This document shows positions 45,029-49,478 of a DNA stretch of 49,478 bases, in pieces. The position numbers and the translations under genes are program-made. Position 1 is the first letter of the stretch, and each line of letters begins with the position of its first letter. Where the stretch lies: the NCBI GenBank assembly GCA_964492235.1, contig CAZBJQ010000003.1:1-49478 (forward strand), written 5' to 3'. The stretch comes from an uncultured Anaerolineaceae bacterium. Lineage in GTDB: Bacteria > Chloroflexota > Anaerolineae > Anaerolineales > E44-bin32. The notes beneath the pieces were generated by a model. That model was not told the DNA's origin. It saw only the letters and a list, made by a program, of their open reading frames with translations, and did no database searches.

Positions 45029-45243
45029 CTGCGGCCCAGAGCGGCTCAACATCGACCGGTTGGGCGACGGGAGCGGAAGGCAGACACGCTGCCCCAAGGA
45101 TCCCGCTGTATAGCAAGCGGAAAACGCGACTTGCGGGGTTTGGGCGCAGCCTGAGGCCCACAGATCGCGATCTCTCTCGTCGGTAGGCTGCGCTTAGGAC
45201 AGCCCCGTGGCGCTCCTCGGTGCGGCCAGGAGACAGCAGACTC

Positions 45244-47565
45244 CTACTCGGTCGGCGGTGCAAGGAACAGGACGCCGGTGCCGTTCTCCCCGTCGAGCAC
45301 AAGCGACGCCCGCGTGCCGCCGGGCACTCCGTCCAGGTCGATCACCTGCACCGCGCTTTCCCAGTGGGCGTCGTCGGGCAGGAGAGACGGCAGCGCATTG
45401 CCCGCGGCAGCGAAGAAATCGCCCGAGAACTCAGTCGCCGGATCGTTCAGGGCCACTGCCAGGGTGTAGATGCGGGCCTCGAGCAGATCCTGGAAGAAGT
45501 GCGTCCCGTAGGAGGGGTCGGGAGCATGCTTGTCGGCCGCCAGCTCGACCAGTGCCCGGGCATGGTAGATGTCGGCGTAGCCAACCGGGATCCCCGTGTC
45601 CGGGTGGGTACTCCCCCAGCGGCCAGGACCCAACAAGATGAAATCCTGGCGAGCCAGGCGGAGGTTGATGCGGCCGACCAGGTGGGCCAATTCGTGCTTC
45701 TCCGATTCGGTCGCCAGGGCGGCGTAGGCATCCGGCCGGATCAGAACCAGGTAGCGGATGTCGTCGACCTGGCCGTCGGCCATCATGCCGTGGGCGACGA
45801 AGAGCCGGCGTTCCTGGGGGATCTCGCCCGGCCGGAGTCCCGGGCGCAGTTCCGGCTGGACCTGCGGGCGGCATTGGACGAGGTGCAGGATGAGCGCGGG
45901 ACTCCTCCCGGGGTCCTCGTCGAGTTGCAGGACAAACTCGATATCGACCGGCACGTGGTAGGCCCGCTCGAGGGTTTGCAGGGCGTCGCGCAGCAGGGCG
46001 GGAAAGGTCGTGCGGCGCAGCAAGCCATCGAAGGTCAGCGTCAGCTGAGCCGGGTCGAGGCCCAACGGGAGGCTGACGATATCGCTCAGAGTGCCGTCTT
46101 CGAATCGCTGCGCAAGGTAGCGCAGATGAGGAGTGTCAGTGGTGAGAACCTGCGCCACGGGCAAGGAGCGGAAGGCATTGGAGGCCAGGTCGATCACGTC
46201 GACCTGCTGCTGTGAATAGTGCCGGATGCGAAGTGGATCGGCCTCGGGGCGCGACCCAGGATGACTGAGGGCGACCAGGCGGGCGTAGTCCCCGCCGTTC
46301 AGGTCGACGGCACGAGTTCCCAGCCCCCAGACCAGGCGAGCGAAGCCGTCGCGGCGCCGAATCTGAGGATTCCAGCGGAACTGATTGCGGGAGTAGGCGA
46401 CGCCGGCCGCGTCGGGCACGAGGTAGCCTGCCTGCTGGCGTCCCTGCACCTCTTGAATCAGAATTGCCATGCGCTCGTCGTAGTCGACCAGACCCATGCG
46501 CCGGCGATACAGCAGCACGTCCGGGCTGTACACGCTGGCATAGATCGACCGAATGGCGCGCAGCAGGTCCTCCAGGTTCTGCGAAGCGCTACCCTGATTC
46601 GGGCAAAAGTGGCTCTCATACTTCCCGGCAAATGAGGTGCCGAAGGAGTCCTCCAGCAGGCTTGACGAGCGCACGATCAGCGGGGAGCCTGCGGCTTCAT
46701 CCAGAACTTGGCCCAGTCCGTCCACGACATCCTGCGGAACCTCCCCGGCTATGGCCAGGGTCCGGATGTCAGGATAGTCGACGCCCATCGCCTCGTGGTC
46801 TTTGTATTTCTGGTTGGCGTAGCGGATCAGCCCGTTCATCTGCACGAAGTGGCGAAAGACATCCGCTCCCAGGAACCAGGACTCCGGAACCCGCAAGCTG
46901 AGGCGGACGTCCGGCGGCGCCGATTGGCGCAGGATCTTCTCGGCGAGCAACATCCCGGCGGCCTTGCCCCCGATCTTGCCGCGGCCGTAGCGTCGGGCAC
47001 GGATCCCCCGCAGGTCACCCATATCGAACCATTCACGGGCTATGCCGACGTAGGTCAGGTGATCGCTGATCATGGCCTTGATCAGAACCACCTTGATCTC
47101 CTGCAAGTGATGCTGCATCCGTGTGCGCTCGGGCGGAGGGAGCGCCTCGTAGGCCTCGCCCTGGGCGAAGAGCATGTCCCACGGGGCGAGTTCCGGGTGG
47201 AAAGAGAGCATTACGTCTTCGGCAGGCAGGCGGTCGGAGAGGGTCTGGCGCACCAGGCTTTCCAGCAGGTCATGGGGGAGGTTGTAGGCGAAGTAGAAGT
47301 CGGTCAGTTGCTGGCGTGTGATCCAAAGGCGCTGTTCCCACGTATCCGGCGCCTCCTGCGTCAGGGGATCAGTCAGCCCTTCCCGGATTTGTGACTCACG
47401 TGCCTTCTCCTGGACCTCGTTCTCGAAAGCCTCACGTGTGATCACCCCGCGGCTGAACAGCTCGTGCCGCATCCGTTCCCGGATGCGGTCGGCCTGAATC
47501 GGGTAGCGCGTCAGCTCAAGATAGACCGTCAGGACGCGGGGAAACTGGTCGGGATCCAGAGCCAT
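45244..47565 (-). CDS. PEP/pyruvate-binding (PPDK N-terminal ATP-grasp) domain protein with no recognisable phosphohistidine swivel domain
   Basis: GKIGGKAAGMLLA and IVRSSSLLEDSFGTSFAGKYES motifs. Helical N-terminal extension of about 190 aa. The C-terminal region of about 330 aa has no TSHAAI-type motif. Confidence 0.8.
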   Translation of the reverse strand: MALDPDQFPRVLTVYLELTRYPIQADRIRERMRHELFSRGVITREAFENEVQEKARESQIREGLTDPLTQEAPDTWEQRLWITRQQLTDFYFAYNLPHDLLESLVRQTLSDRLPAEDVMLSFHPELAPWDMLFAQGEAYEALPPPERTRMQHHLQEIKVVLIKAMISDHLTYVGIAREWFDMGDLRGIRARRYGRGKIGGKAAGMLLAEKILRQSAPPDVRLSLRVPESWFLGADVFRHFVQMNGLIRYANQKYKDHEAMGVDYPDIRTLAIAGEVPQDVVDGLGQVLDEAAGSPLIVRSSSLLEDSFGTSFAGKYESHFCPNQGSASQNLEDLLRAIRSIYASVYSPDVLLYRRRMGLVDYDERMAILIQEVQGRQQAGYLVPDAAGVAYSRNQFRWNPQIRRRDGFARLVWGLGTRAVDLNGGDYARLVALSHPGSRPEADPLRIRHYSQQQVDVIDLASNAFRSLPVAQVLTTDTPHLRYLAQRFEDGTLSDIVSLPLGLDPAQLTLTFDGLLRRTTFPALLRDALQTLERAYHVPVDIEFVLQLDEDPGRSPALILHLVQCRPQVQPELRPGLRPGEIPQERRLFVAHGMMADGQVDDIRYLVLIRPDAYAALATESEKHELAHLVGRINLRLARQDFILLGPGRWGSTHPDTGIPVGYADIYHARALVELAADKHAPDPSYGTHFFQDLLEARIYTLAVALNDPATEFSGDFFAAAGNALPSLLPDDAHWESAVQVIDLDGVPGGTRASLVLDGENGTGVLFLAPPTE

Positions 47566-47753
47566 GTGGATTCGATTCCTGCCATCGAATGCGTATCCCC
47601 GCCCGCCGGAGGCGGGGAGCTAGGCTTTGATTGTACGCGCCTCGCCGCGGAGGAGTCGAGGGGACAAGGCCGCCGCCCAACGGGCCCTACGTGGCACGAG
47701 CGGAAAGCGAGAAGAGGCTGTCGCAAGAGCAGCACGACGAAGGAGAAGGTGGC

Positions 47754-47801
47754 AATAGGTGGGGTTCGAGCCCAGCTCGAACCCCACCTATTGCGTTTTC
47801 C
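47754..47801. terminator. Perfect 18-bp stem / 3-nt loop hairpin downstream of dnaN
   Basis: aataggtggggttcgagc-cca-gctcgaaccccacctatt, then gcgttttcc. The T-tract follows the stem on the plus strand, while both flanking genes are on the minus strand. Confidence 0.5.
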
Positions 47802-47867
47802 TCTCGTCGCAGAGGACTTCTGGGACGGCGCCGTCTCGCTTAGCCTCTCACTTGATGGCTGCGGGCG

Positions 47868-49001
47868 CTAGCGCCCGAGATGCATCGGCATCACGACGTG
47901 CAGGAAGTCGTCGCGGCCCACCGCCCGGATCACGCCCGGTGCGGTGGAGGCCGATGTTTCCAGGACGACGTTGGGCGTATCGACTACGGAAAGCACGTCC
48001 ACCAGGAAGCTGACGTTGAAGGCGATCTCGACCGGGTCGCCGTCCACCGTGGCCTCGACAGTCGTCTCGTTCGAGCCGGTCTCAGCCGAGACAGCGGTGA
48101 CTTCCAGATTGCCCGGCTGGCGGTCGCTGCCGGGAGTGATGCGCAGCCGGGCGCTGTGGGCTGCTTCGCGGGCGAAGATGTCGGCGGCCTTGCAGGCCTT
48201 GAGGAAAGCCGAGGTCGAAAGCACCGTTCGGGTGCTGAAGTTGTTGGGGATGATACTGCGGTAGTCTGGAAAGGTTCCATCGATCAACTGTGAGACCAGC
48301 TCGACGTTCTTGGTGCGGAAGATCACCTGGTTGCGGGCGGGGGGCATGGACATCGTGACCACTTCGTCCCCGTCGCCGAGAATCCGGGCGAGTTCCGACA
48401 GGGCCCGGGCGGGAATCACCACCTTGATCGACCCGCCGCCGGGACTGGAGAGATGGGCCGAGCGCACCGACAGCCGGAAACCGTCGGCGGCGGCCATCGT
48501 CAATTCGCCGGAGCGGAGTTCGGTGTACACCCCGGTCAGTACCGGTCGGGCGTCGTCCCCGGAGGCGGCGAAGACTACCTGGCCGATCATCTCCTTCAGG
48601 TCGGAGACATTGAGCGTGATTCCATCCTCCAGGTCCGAAGGGGGGAGCGGCGGAAACTCTTGGGCATCCAGGCACTTGATGTCGTTGTTGAACGCGCCGC
48701 ACACGACGTGCAGGGTTTGGGTGCGGACAGTCAGGTCCATCTGGACGTGATCGTTGGGCAGCGTGTTCACCAGGTCGACGAAGGTTCGGGCAGGCACGGT
48801 GGTGGCGCCTTCGTCCTCGACCTTGGCGCCGACCCAGCAGCTGATGCCCATCTCGAGATTGGTGGCGGAAAGGCGCAGCCGGCCCTGGTCGGTGGCCACC
48901 AGGACGTTGCCGAGCACCGGCAGCGTGCTGCGTGGCGCCACGGCCCGGGCGGCGATGCTCAGTCCGCGGGCGAGATTCTCTTGCAGGCAGGTGACCTTCA
49001 T
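47868..49001 (-). CDS. dnaN: DNA polymerase III beta sliding clamp
   Basis: MKVTCLQENLARGL...STLPVLGNVLV...RLSATNLE...VPARTF... ending ...MPMHLGR. Trimmed to ATG 49001, with GGAGGG upstream. Confidence 0.95.
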   Translation of the reverse strand: MKVTCLQENLARGLSIAARAVAPRSTLPVLGNVLVATDQGRLRLSATNLEMGISCWVGAKVEDEGATTVPARTFVDLVNTLPNDHVQMDLTVRTQTLHVVCGAFNNDIKCLDAQEFPPLPPSDLEDGITLNVSDLKEMIGQVVFAASGDDARPVLTGVYTELRSGELTMAAADGFRLSVRSAHLSSPGGGSIKVVIPARALSELARILGDGDEVVTMSMPPARNQVIFRTKNVELVSQLIDGTFPDYRSIIPNNFSTRTVLSTSAFLKACKAADIFAREAAHSARLRITPGSDRQPGNLEVTAVSAETGSNETTVEATVDGDPVEIAFNVSFLVDVLSVVDTPNVVLETSASTAPGVIRAVGRDDFLHVVMPMHLGR

Positions 49002-49267
49002 GCGGGGTATTCCCTCCGAAGGGCGAGCCAAAGGGATCGAGGAAGTATACAACGAAGCCAGGCAGGGACAAAGCGGTGTATGGGTTCAGGACATAGGAGA
49101 CGCACTGCAATCGCCTCTTGCCATCCCGGCAGGACATGTGGCGGGAGGCGAACTCACCCATGGGTAACGGGACAGACTAGCTTCCGGCCTCACCCACTCC
49201 CCCGGCTGCCGTTCGCTGGGCAATGCAGTCGTCCTGAGGCAGGGGGAGCCCTTTCCAGGGTGCTGCG

Positions 49268-49478
49268 CGACCCCTCCGCTTCCCTCCGCTTCGCTCCGGG
49301 ATGCTCACCTGCACCGCACCTGCGGTGCGCCGCAGGTGCAGGTGTCGCGATCGCTACGGGATGCTCACCTGCACCGCACCCCGTTCGGGCCGCGAGCCTC
49401 GGCGGCCCGCCGGGGCGAGACGGCCTGCGGTGCGCCGCACACCTGCCCTGGCGGGCGGTGCCAGGGGGTGCAGGTGTC
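49268..49478. repeat. Cluster of interleaved GC-rich direct and inverted repeats, truncated by the window edge
   Basis: 30-nt direct repeat TCGCT[C/A]CGGGATGCTCACCTGCACCGCACC at 49291-49320 and 49351-49380. CTGCGGTGCGCCGCA at 49320-49334 and 49425-49439. GGTGCAGGTGTC at 49335-49346 and 49467-49478. CACCTGCACC (49306-49315) is complementary to GGTGCAGGTG (49335-49344). Tandem ctccgcttc x2 at about 49274-49291. Confidence 0.7.

Noticed and set aside
47761-47790. tRNA-like T-arm sequence GGTTCGAGCCC
   Set aside because: It is simply one arm of a perfect 18-bp palindrome. No acceptor, D or anticodon arms can be drawn around it.
49291-49380. Possible start of a CRISPR array: a 30-nt repeat with a 60-nt period
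   Set aside because: Only two copies are present. The expected third copy at about 49411 is absent. The spacers themselves contain other repeated and complementary units, and no cas genes are in the window. The pattern looks like a REP-like palindromic repeat cluster instead.
49002-49478. oriC upstream of dnaN
   Set aside because: I found no TTATCCACA-like boxes or AT-rich unwinding element in this segment. The only perfect DnaA box in the window (1846-1854) and a one-mismatch box (14046-14054) are isolated.
1-49478. Mobile genetic element, prophage or defence island
   Set aside because: No transposase, integrase, recombinase, phage structural, restriction-modification, toxin-antitoxin or cas-like proteins were recognised in any frame. 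The only nuclease-like gene is the DUF559 protein.

Overview
Gene-dense, visibly GC-rich bacterial chromosomal window. Third codon positions are almost all G/C, and nearly every real gene has Arg/Pro-rich shadow ORFs on the opposite strand. I support about 45 protein-coding genes. I found no rRNA, tRNA, CRISPR array, transposase, integrase or phage genes. Housekeeping content: lipA, gmk, tmk, pdxS/pdxT, pcm, dnaN, ferredoxin-NADP reductase. The envelope-related set is unusually large: four large GT-C-like (PMT/ArnT-type) polytopic membrane proteins, six predicted lipoproteins (several with Pro/Thr-rich linkers), and three families of intramembrane protease (rhomboid, YhfC-like, and a decayed CPBP). 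dnaN plus two parS-type palindromes in a 527-bp non-coding island suggest an origin-proximal region, but no DnaA-box cluster is visible. Lineage guess, inference only: a monoderm-like high-GC group such as Chloroflexota, based on an F420-type LLM enzyme, a Ycf45/SpoIIIAA-like R3H ATPase and many GT39-like genes. Loci most worth follow-up: (1) the parS island at 27549-28075. (2) An ABC-2 exporter module with an Ig-like/zinc-ribbon membrane protein and a beta-propeller lipoprotein, flanked by two intramembrane protease genes, one of them heavily pseudogenised (28076-34224). (3) A translationally coupled pdxS / PNPOx-like / pdxT / GNAT-like / GT-C operon (20574-25861). (4) A 108-bp gene-end duplication bracketing a small membrane-protein gene next to a DUF559 endonuclease (16527-18116). 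(5) Interleaved GC-rich repeats upstream of dnaN at the right edge. All functional calls rest on motif recognition by eye. No database search was run.
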